A stretch of 42,887 nt of DNA from Candidatus Krumholzibacteriia bacterium (GTDB lineage: Bacteria; Krumholzibacteriota; Krumholzibacteriia; LZORAL124-64-63): assembly GCA_047639735.1 (NCBI GenBank), contig JBLIOK010000001.1, positions 1-42,887 on the forward strand, written 5' to 3'. Positions 36,196-42,887 of this stretch are shown one piece after another. Position 1 is the first letter of the stretch; each line of letters starts with the position of its first letter. The translations under genes and the position numbers were made by a program. Under the pieces are notes generated by a model, which did no database searches, was not told the origin of the DNA, and worked only from the letters and a program-made list of their open reading frames with translations.

Positions 36196-37659
36196 TCAGT
36201 TAACGTAGCGTGCGACAGCCTCGGCAAAAGCGCTTTGTGCCGCAACGCTCGGTATATTTTTGGAGAGTTTAGCCACCAGCTCTTTGACGCTCTTGGATTT
36301 TTTCAGCTTGCGTTGCACCAACACCTTAGCCACTGGACCAACATGCATCATCAGCGCGTTGATCAACGCCTCTTTAGTGGTTGGGTCGAGTGCGAATCCA
36401 GGCGGGACGGAACCGGACGCAAAACCAGGCTCGCTTCCAGTGGGGGCTGAATGGCTTTGTCCAGCCGCGCCCTGCAAAGCTATCGTTGGGCTATAGCCAT
36501 CCGAAACCGAAGAAGACTCACCAAGTGACGAAGAGTGACCTTCGCTGATCTTCTCCCACAAAGCGGCAAAAGCCTGCCGCCCCTCCTTGGTGCGCACGTG
36601 ACCTTCCAACTCGGTGTACAATTCTTCGTGACTAAGACCTTTTTCACTCGCCTTTTTGACCAATACTTTTGCCAACGGACCAACGTGATTGCTGAGAAAA
36701 ACGGAGATGCGACGTAATTCTTCGACATCCCATTCTATCTTTTTTCCCGTATGAGTCAGATCAGCCGAGGGCATAAAAATAGTGTCTTGCATCGCCGTTT
36801 CAACGGGTCCGAAATGAGTCACCAAACCGCCGCGTTGCAACGTGTAGAAGTCGCGGTCCAATGCATGCATATCCTGGTACCGTTCTTCGGGTTTTTTGGC
36901 CATCATGCGGCCCAGGATACAGCAGAAATCGTCGCTCAAATCTGGTGCCACGTGGCGCGGGTCGGGCAAAGGGTCGTTCAAATGGCGGCTCATGATGTGG
37001 GCACCGCTGCTGCCATCAAAAGGCACGGTTCCAGTGGCCAAATAATAGATCGTCGCGCCCAAGGAATAGATGTCGGCCCGCGCGTCGACTTGACCCAAAC
37101 CAAGAATTTGTTCTGGTGAGATAAAATGCGGCGTGCCCATGCTTTGACCAGTAACCGTATGGCTCACTTCGTCGGAAAGCCGCTTCACGAGACCGAGATC
37201 CACTAATTTAAATTGGCGTTTGCTGGTGAACATCATGTTATCGGGCTTGATGTCACGGTGCACAATTCCGGCGCTGTGCGCGACGCCCAATGCGGCGCAG
37301 ACTTGACGGGCGAGCTCGATCGTTTGCGATTCGGAAAAACGCCCAATGAGCTTGAGCTCGTCTTTCAAACTTGGCCCATCGATCAATTCCATAGCGATAA
37401 AATGGCCGGTCTTGGTTTTACCGAACTCATAAATTTGTACAATGTTCGGATGGTTCAAACTGGCCGCCGCTTGGGCTTCGGTCTCAAATCGCTTCACAAA
37501 TTTTGGGTCTTCGGCGTACTTGTTTGCCAAGACCTTTAGGGCCACCTTACGATCAAGCGAGCGGTCTCGCCCTAGCCACACAGTGCCCATGCCACCATGG
37601 CCCAGCTTGCCTAAGATTTCGTATTTGTCTGGTATGCCGGTGTCTTCAATTTCAGTCAT
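36196..37659 (-). CDS. Soluble Hanks-type Ser/Thr protein kinase with two tandem ~60-aa C-terminal repeats
   Basis: GHGGMGTVW, VALKVL, HRDIKPDNMMF, DLG and GTPHFISPEQ are present, and there is no TM segment. ATG 37657-37659 lies inside ATGACTGA, which also holds the upstream stop. The tail repeats contain HVGPLAKVLV (36658-36687) and HVGPVAKVLV (36316-36345). Confidence 0.85.
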   Translation of the reverse strand: MTEIEDTGIPDKYEILGKLGHGGMGTVWLGRDRSLDRKVALKVLANKYAEDPKFVKRFETEAQAAASLNHPNIVQIYEFGKTKTGHFIAMELIDGPSLKDELKLIGRFSESQTIELARQVCAALGVAHSAGIVHRDIKPDNMMFTSKRQFKLVDLGLVKRLSDEVSHTVTGQSMGTPHFISPEQILGLGQVDARADIYSLGATIYYLATGTVPFDGSSGAHIMSRHLNDPLPDPRHVAPDLSDDFCCILGRMMAKKPEERYQDMHALDRDFYTLQRGGLVTHFGPVETAMQDTIFMPSADLTHTGKKIEWDVEELRRISVFLSNHVGPLAKVLVKKASEKGLSHEELYTELEGHVRTKEGRQAFAALWEKISEGHSSSLGESSSVSDGYSPTIALQGAAGQSHSAPTGSEPGFASGSVPPGFALDPTTKEALINALMMHVGPVAKVLVQRKLKKSKSVKELVAKLSKNIPSVAAQSAFAEAVARYVN

Positions 37660-38527
37660 CGTCAAGCATTCCCAAGGCCTGCACCAAACTGATGCGCATC
37701 AGATTGAAGGACCCGGCCAAGGTGCTGACTTCGTCTTTGCCATCCATCTTCACTTCGTCTACGTTCAGGTCACCGTGGCTCACTTGCGAAGCCATCGCCG
37801 AGAGGCGCGTGATAGGCTTAACCACTACGAAATTCAACAGCAAGTTGAGCACTATTAAGATCACCGCGAACACGCCCACCAAAGTGAGCATCAACTTGCG
37901 GAAGACCGCATCGGCCAAAGCAATGGGCGTCGACATGGGCACTTGAACGATCTGAGCACCGACGGTTTCGTTCATTTTCCAACCAAAACCGTTGTTTTCC
38001 CCATAGACTGCCAACATGGATGGCGGGGCTTCGGCTGGCGTGTTGTGGCACGCCAAGCAACTCTCATTTTTTATGCGCAACGGTTGACTCAGGTACAACG
38101 ATCGGCCCAACGGCGTATCTCGCTCGCCGACAATTTCAGCCTTCTCGCCATTGCGGCGAAATTCGTTGACGATATCGGTTTCCCAGTCGACGGCACGGTT
38201 GCGCGGATTGGTGGGATTGAGCGTGGCCTCTTTGTAAGTGTAGTCGGGGTGGTTTTCGCGCAAGGCGTTGAATATCTCGGTCGCGGAATAGGCCGGCACC
38301 GATTGGGGCAAAAAGGTTTTTTCCAGCTTGTCAGCTAACAATGGGCGCACCTGCGATACCGTATAGCCACGCATCGCCATTGCTGTTTCCATCATGATAC
38401 GGGCGTTCTGGATGACTTGGTTACGGGCGTTGCTGCGTAACAGGCCGCGTAAGATTAAGCCCGTTGGCACCAAACTGAGAACAAAAACAATGATCAAAAT
38501 CAAATTCAGTTTAGCATGCAATTTCAT
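37652..38527 (-). CDS. Membrane sensor: DUF3365/Tll0287-like heme-c periplasmic domain plus HAMP, with no output domain
   Basis: GGGAGG SD and ATG 38527. TM1 LNLILIIVFVLSLVPTGLIL. CLACH encoded at 38045-38059 within ..RIKNESCLACHNTPAEAPP.. TM2 LMLTLVGVFAVILIVLNLLLNFVVV. HAMP KPITRLS..DEVSTLAGSFNLM.., after which the protein ends. Confidence 0.75.
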   Translation of the reverse strand: MKLHAKLNLILIIVFVLSLVPTGLILRGLLRSNARNQVIQNARIMMETAMAMRGYTVSQVRPLLADKLEKTFLPQSVPAYSATEIFNALRENHPDYTYKEATLNPTNPRNRAVDWETDIVNEFRRNGEKAEIVGERDTPLGRSLYLSQPLRIKNESCLACHNTPAEAPPSMLAVYGENNGFGWKMNETVGAQIVQVPMSTPIALADAVFRKLMLTLVGVFAVILIVLNLLLNFVVVKPITRLSAMASQVSHGDLNVDEVKMDGKDEVSTLAGSFNLMRISLVQALGMLDDD

Positions 38528-38644
38528 ATAGCCTCCCACGCGTTCAAGTCAAATAACGAGGTCACGCCATTTTATTGGTGACGGTGGGGTATTATAATCA
38601 TTTTCGTGTCAATTGGAACCCATACTTTGGACACCAATCGCGCA

Positions 38645-40894
38645 TTATTTCAGCAAAAGCAGCGATTGAGTGTCCATTTCCTGCCCATTTCGCATGCGGC
38701 ACAAGTAGGCACCACTCGGCACGTTTTGACCAGCATCGTTGGTGCCGTTCCATCGGAGACTGAATTCTCCAACTGGGCGAGCTTCACTCAACAGCGTCCG
38801 CACCAATTCGCCCTTGATCGAATAGATATCGATTTGCACATGCCCGGCCACTCCGGTCGCAAAGCGTATCGTAGTCGCCGGATTAAAGGGGTTCGGGTAC
38901 ACGGCGGCAATCAGTGCAGCGGGCAAGACCGTTGGCAAATCAACCGCGGACGGAGTGGCGATATCGGCGCTCGTGGCGTCCATATCTTCGGCCAACGCAT
39001 TGTCCGTTACGGTAAGGGTCACGATGTAAGTGCCAGATGTGGCGTAGGTGTGGCTAGGGTTCTCCAGGGTGCTTGTCGCGCCATCGCCAAAATCCCAGGC
39101 CCAGGCGACAATGGTGCCATCGGGATCGATTGATCCGGCCGAAGAGAACGCCACTGCGCTGCCAGCTTGCCCAACATAGGTCCCGTTAGCTGCCGCTGAA
39201 GGCACCTGATTTGGGCTGCCGAAGGACTGGCCAGGGTTGATCAAATTCGAACTGTGGGCTGCCTCGGCTTGCCAGGTAAAGTCGGCGCTTGTGCTGCCGG
39301 AACCGATTCGTTGCAACGAATACCCGATGGGCGTGCTGTTGCTTTCAGTGACCCCTACATCAACAGAAATTTCTCCGACCGCCACACCGCTTGTTGCCGT
39401 GAGTTCACCTTCGTAGCTGATGAACTCAACCACGGTATTCTGGTTATCCACCAACGCGAGGCCATCTGGGGAACCATTCTGCATGCCGACCATGTTGAAG
39501 GCCAAGGTTCCATAACCATTTTCTTGGTCAGGCAAGACACCACTCAGATTAATGGTGTTGTATACGGCGCCGCCATTGCCGTTGTAGCCAACTATTTTCC
39601 ACCCGCTCAAATCGGTGTTTGCCAATCCAGCGATTTCAAAGAACTCTCCGGTGTCGGTAACAACGTTGTCGTAGTGAAATTCGTTGATCCAGACAAGAGA
39701 ACCGCCACTGCCGCCGCCCAAGATTGGCATGGCGTTCGCTTCCGCACTTTCTAACGATTCGTTGGCAAGAAAATCGCTGGCCGTCACGACGTAATAGTAT
39801 GTCACATCGTTGGTCAACCCGATGTCGGTATATTGGCTAAGGCTAGTCAAGTTGCCATTAACCACGCTATACGGTCCGCCCATGGTCGTTGACCGGTAGA
39901 CAAAATAACCGTCTAAGTCTGCTTCAACGTTGTCATCCCAATCCAAAAACACAACGCCATCGCCTGGTGCCGCGCTCAAACCGGTCGGTGCCTCGGGTGG
40001 GGTCAATTCGCCGCCACTGCATGAACCGATGAAGAGGCAGTCGACCCATTCGGGGTGATCAATAAACGGATTACGGTTTCCTTGGAACGAAAAAACGGCG
40101 TCGTTGCGCGCCAATTCCTTGGCGTCCACCGGGTCTTCAATGTGCCATTGCAGCAAAACAGACAAGATGCCCATATAGGCCACCGAGGCATTTGTGCCCG
40201 TGGTTTGGATCAGGCTCGCGTTGTTGGTCAGGATCAGATCCGGCTCATTCACCAATGTCGTATTGTGGACGCCGCCTTCATAACGCACATCCATATAGAA
40301 CATCGCTCGCGCCACGTCGCCCCGGCGATCTAACCACGTTTCCCAATAGGCCGCGCTGAACCAATTGGACCAACCCGGATAAGTCCCCGTGCCGCCGCCA
40401 ACACCGTTGTTGGGTACCGTTCCACGCTCGGTGCCTCCCGGGCCCGCGGTTCCATAAGGCTTGTTGCCGCGCGAAGAATTGTAGCCGCTGTCGCATAGAA
40501 ACAGTTGATGGCAATCGGTATAAGCGTAGTTTGTGCTGCCGTCGTCTGGAAAGCCGTAGCTCTTGGGCCAAGTGTGCTCGCGGTTATAGTCGTTGTTGCC
40601 GGCACTAAATTTTTGGTAACTTTGGTTTTGGTAAACGTCCAGAATGCGACCGCTGTCGTTAGGGTCTTCATCCGCGAGTTCCAAGACATTCCAAGTGTCT
40701 AAACTTGAAGAAGTGTAAGGGATTCTCGTGTGGTCGTCGATCACCGCATGCAAGGTTTGTCGCAACGTTGCATCGCTAAATTCATTCACCGAGTCGTAGT
40801 ACCCGAGTGGTGCATCGGCCAAGAGACTGCTGGGCAGCATAACGGCAAAGAGCGAAAGCAAGAAAATGGAAGAAGCCAGGCGAGTGGCCGTCAT
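38645..40894 (-). CDS. Secreted multidomain nuclease: endonuclease I, Fn3, lamin-tail domain (LTD), PKD, T9SS/FlgD-Ig sorting domain
   Basis: Signal peptide from ATG 40894 (MTATRLASSIFLLSLFAVMLPSSLLADA; the track TTG is at 40906). Endonuclease I motifs NREHTWPKS and GNRNPFIDHPEW. Fn3-like ..VFLDWDDN..YFVYRST.. LTD-like ..LVWINEFHYDN..GEFFEI.. PKD ..IDPDGTIVAWAWDFGDGATS..HTYATSGTYIVTLTVTD. CTD ..YPNPFNPATTIRF..IDIYSIKGELVRTLL..GAYLCRM. Confidence 0.8.
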   Translation of the reverse strand: MTATRLASSIFLLSLFAVMLPSSLLADAPLGYYDSVNEFSDATLRQTLHAVIDDHTRIPYTSSSLDTWNVLELADEDPNDSGRILDVYQNQSYQKFSAGNNDYNREHTWPKSYGFPDDGSTNYAYTDCHQLFLCDSGYNSSRGNKPYGTAGPGGTERGTVPNNGVGGGTGTYPGWSNWFSAAYWETWLDRRGDVARAMFYMDVRYEGGVHNTTLVNEPDLILTNNASLIQTTGTNASVAYMGILSVLLQWHIEDPVDAKELARNDAVFSFQGNRNPFIDHPEWVDCLFIGSCSGGELTPPEAPTGLSAAPGDGVVFLDWDDNVEADLDGYFVYRSTTMGGPYSVVNGNLTSLSQYTDIGLTNDVTYYYVVTASDFLANESLESAEANAMPILGGGSGGSLVWINEFHYDNVVTDTGEFFEIAGLANTDLSGWKIVGYNGNGGAVYNTINLSGVLPDQENGYGTLAFNMVGMQNGSPDGLALVDNQNTVVEFISYEGELTATSGVAVGEISVDVGVTESNSTPIGYSLQRIGSGSTSADFTWQAEAAHSSNLINPGQSFGSPNQVPSAAANGTYVGQAGSAVAFSSAGSIDPDGTIVAWAWDFGDGATSTLENPSHTYATSGTYIVTLTVTDNALAEDMDATSADIATPSAVDLPTVLPAALIAAVYPNPFNPATTIRFATGVAGHVQIDIYSIKGELVRTLLSEARPVGEFSLRWNGTNDAGQNVPSGAYLCRMRNGQEMDTQSLLLLK

Positions 40895-41018
40895 TGTGTG
40901 ACGCAAAGTTAATCCCCTTGAGCGATGCGAGGGCAGTCATCTTGTTACCAGAAATCAATTATAACACTGATCTAACGACAATATAACAAAATTATGGCTG
41001 CGTGGGAAATCTTGGACC

Positions 41019-41054
41019 AAAAAAACCCCGCCTCTCACAGGAGAAGCGGGGTTT
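41019..41054 (-). terminator. Rho-independent terminator of the RRM gene
   Basis: The minus strand reads AAACCCCGCttctcctgtgagagGCGGGGTTTTTTTGG. The 8-bp GC-rich stem spans 41024-41031 and 41046-41053, followed by a T7 tract, about 50 nt after the stop. Confidence 0.8.
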
Positions 41055-41106
41055 GAGCGATATTTACCGAAAGCCTGAGCCTTCAGCATCGCATGTGGGC
41101 AGGAGC

Positions 41107-41442
41107 TTACCAGCGACCGCCGCCGCCGCCATCGCCGCCACCGTTGCCGCCGCCATATCCGCCGCCGCCGCCACCGCCACCGCCGCCACCGCCGCCGCTG
41201 CGACGTTCTTGGGCTTCGTTGACGCGCAGAGGACGTCCACCCATGTCAGAGCCGTCGAGAGCTTGCATGGCAGCCGTTGATGCGTCGTCGTCCATTTCCA
41301 CGAAGCCGAAGCCACGGGGACGACCGGTTTCGCGGTCATTGATCAACGCGACGCTGTGCACGGTTCCGTGCGCGCCGAACATTGAGGTCACTTCTTCTTC
41401 AGTGGCGGTAAAGGGCAAATTACCCACGTATAATTTCTTCAT
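41107..41442 (-). CDS. RRM-type RNA-binding protein with glycine-rich tail
   Basis: GGAGAA SD and ATG 41442. RNP2 LYVGNL, RNP1 RGFGFVEM. The tail is ..RRSGGGGGGGGGGGGGYGGGNGGGDGGGGGRW. A strong terminator lies downstream. Confidence 0.9.
   Translation of the reverse strand: MKKLYVGNLPFTATEEEVTSMFGAHGTVHSVALINDRETGRPRGFGFVEMDDDASTAAMQALDGSDMGGRPLRVNEAQERRSGGGGGGGGGGGGGYGGGNGGGDGGGGGRW
41116..41196 (-). repeat. GGN simple-sequence tract encoding the glycine tail of the RRM protein
   Basis: The plus strand is a run of (GCC/ACC)n. The other frames produce spurious poly-Ala and poly-Pro ORFs. Confidence 0.9.
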
Positions 41443-41738
41443 CTTCAATTTTCTCCAGGTGCCGGGTTTTCCGGCTAACACAAGCCTCAGAAGTCGTCGG
41501 CTAATCCGTTAAACTTCCTCGCGCTTCGAAACTCATCCGGCGGTGTGCCAGATTCCATCTCCCGGCAGTCGAGAGAATCACAATCGGCGCCACGAAGACG
41601 CAGCGCAGAACCAAGGAAAAAGCTGATCCAGAATAAATCTGGAAGGCTTCGATCTCGGCATAGAAACGATAGCTACGGCACAGAGGCCGTGCAAGGAAAA
41701 GTCATTTTACGGGTTGAGAAGGCCATTATCATGATGAT

Positions 41739-42851
41739 TCAGATTTTTATAAAAATCTGTCGTTTGTGCAATAGCCACAAGAGGAACCACCAGATCAATA
41801 CAGTGCCCAAGGCAAAAACCAGCGACCCGTTGAGCTCGCCGAACCTTGGCACGAGACCATTGTGATAAATCATAGATTTGACACTCAGAGATGAATCTGG
41901 CCACTTGACCAAGACGATCACCCGGGCAGCGAATCCGGTGCCTACAAAGGCCAACAACGCGTTGCTGCCAAAGGCAACAAATGGTTTGAATCCCTTCACC
42001 CAACCCCGAGCATCCATCAACCACGCGCATCCCGCCAAGACCAGCGCAGCCAACCCCGACATCAAGAAGGTGTAGCTAGACGTCCACAATTTTTTATTGA
42101 TGGGTTCGATTGAACTTAGCAACAGACCCAAAACAGCTAACGCGGCACCGAGTGCGACTAATTTCACCAAACGGTTTTCCAACGCCTCTGTTTTGCGCAA
42201 CCCTTCGCCGGCGAAGAACCCGAATAGGCAAACCACCGCAGCAGATAACGAGGGCACCAGGCCTTCAGGTTCAAAGGGTAAGAAGCCCTCAAAAGTAAGT
42301 CGCGATGGACCTGGCCATTGTAAATCAACCCAACGGGCAAAATTATCGGCTATCGCAAAACTGCCGTTCCCCCACTCGCTCACCAAGGGCCACCGCATCA
42401 AAAACTCATAGGCAAGAAGCAGCCCAATTAAAACAACCACTCGCCCAGCCGTGCGCGCGACCAACGCTACGGTCAATCCAGCCACTAGATAGCTCACAGC
42501 GATGCGTTGCAACACGCCCCAAATACGAACGTTGGTCAAATCTTGGTATGGAAAGGCATTCAGAATCAACCCCAAGCCGAAGATGACGATCGACCGCACG
42601 GCAATTTTGCGGACTAACGCCTGGGTTGGCATCCCTACCTCACGGCACTTTGCAAAACTGAGCGAAATCGCTACGCCTACCGCAAAAAGAAAGAAGGGGA
42701 AAACGAGATCGGTCGGTGTCCAGCCGTGCCATTCAGCGTGTCGCAACGGAGCATAGATATGCCCCCACGAGCCTGGGTTGTTGACCAGGATCATGAAAGC
42801 GACGGTCAGGCCGCGGAAAACGTCCAAAGAGATAAGGCGCTGTGTCTTCAT
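41739..42851 (-). CDS. Polytopic acyltransferase, heparan-alpha-glucosaminide N-acetyltransferase-like (DUF5009/DUF1624)
   Basis: ..RLISLDVFRGLTVAFMILVNNPGSW..HAEWHGWTPTDLVFPFFLF.., with about 10 hydrophobic helices in total. Confidence 0.8.
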   Translation of the reverse strand: MKTQRLISLDVFRGLTVAFMILVNNPGSWGHIYAPLRHAEWHGWTPTDLVFPFFLFAVGVAISLSFAKCREVGMPTQALVRKIAVRSIVIFGLGLILNAFPYQDLTNVRIWGVLQRIAVSYLVAGLTVALVARTAGRVVVLIGLLLAYEFLMRWPLVSEWGNGSFAIADNFARWVDLQWPGPSRLTFEGFLPFEPEGLVPSLSAAVVCLFGFFAGEGLRKTEALENRLVKLVALGAALAVLGLLLSSIEPINKKLWTSSYTFLMSGLAALVLAGCAWLMDARGWVKGFKPFVAFGSNALLAFVGTGFAARVIVLVKWPDSSLSVKSMIYHNGLVPRFGELNGSLVFALGTVLIWWFLLWLLHKRQIFIKI

Positions 42852-42887
42852 TTGAAGATCATGCTGTCTCGAGGTCCCATTGGCGAG

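Noticed and set aside
38591-38612. Perfect TTGACA and TATAAT hexamers on the minus strand upstream of the heme-sensor gene.
   Set aside because: They are separated by only 10 nt rather than 16-18, so they cannot act together as a canonical sigma-70 promoter. The TATAAT alone might serve as a -10 element, but I cannot support that.
41002-41512. Poly-Ala (41002-41280 +, 41064-41339 -) and poly-Pro (41093-41512 +) ORFs.
   Set aside because: They are alternate readings of the (GGN)n tract that encodes the glycine tail of the RRM protein. The RRM frame has RNP1/RNP2 motifs, an SD and a terminator.
1-42887. Search for mobile elements, integrases, tRNA or rRNA genes, and CRISPR arrays.
   Set aside because: No transposase or integrase motifs, terminal inverted repeats, tRNA-like cloverleaf sequences or spacer-repeat arrays were recognisable in the ORFs or intergenic regions. 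The window looks like core chromosome rather than an island.

Overview
The window is 42.9 kb, densely coded and moderately GC-rich, and looks like ordinary chromosome from an uncultured Gram-negative bacterium. I support 35 protein-coding genes and saw no rRNA, tRNA, CRISPR array, integrase or transposase. Three large secreted proteins end in the NPFNP...IY(N/D)xxGxLVRTL...GVY FlgD-Ig/T9SS-type sorting domain. Most genes also have strong Shine-Dalgarno sites. Together these suggest an FCB-superphylum or related candidate lineage such as Gemmatimonadota, Latescibacterota or Zixibacteria; that placement is inference only.

Content, left to right:
- a 1.4k-aa beta-helix surface protein
- a tight yeaH(DUF444)-spoVR-prkA operon
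- galE
- two c-type cytochrome genes
- a thioesterase
- an ECF sigma / anti-sigma / DsbD-alpha-like / thioredoxin-like operon, next to a DinB-family gene and an exported MsrA
- an esterase-TPR protein
- a TM-TPR Ser/Thr kinase coupled to a 159-aa orphan
- a small anchored protein coupled to a PA-domain metalloprotease
- arsR-arsI
- a long, eukaryote-type GMP synthase
- an OmpA protein with thrombospondin type 3 (TSP3) calcium-binding repeats
- a HAL2-type bisphosphate nucleotidase
- a small outer-membrane protein, a HI0933 flavoprotein and an S9 peptidase
- a HEAT 'alkylation repair' / Zn-ribbon methyltransferase / MarR cluster
- a heme-c (DUF3365) sensor-HAMP stub translationally coupled to a soluble Ser/Thr kinase
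- a multidomain secreted endonuclease I
- an RRM glycine-rich RNA-binding protein
- an HGSNAT-like acyltransferase

The best candidate for an undescribed system is the output-less heme-c/HAMP protein plus Hanks kinase pair at 36196-38527. Secondary candidates are the ECF-controlled extracytoplasmic thiol module and the kinase-orphan pair.

All family calls come from motif recognition by eye. No searches were run, and start codons were refined manually from SD and signal-peptide evidence.
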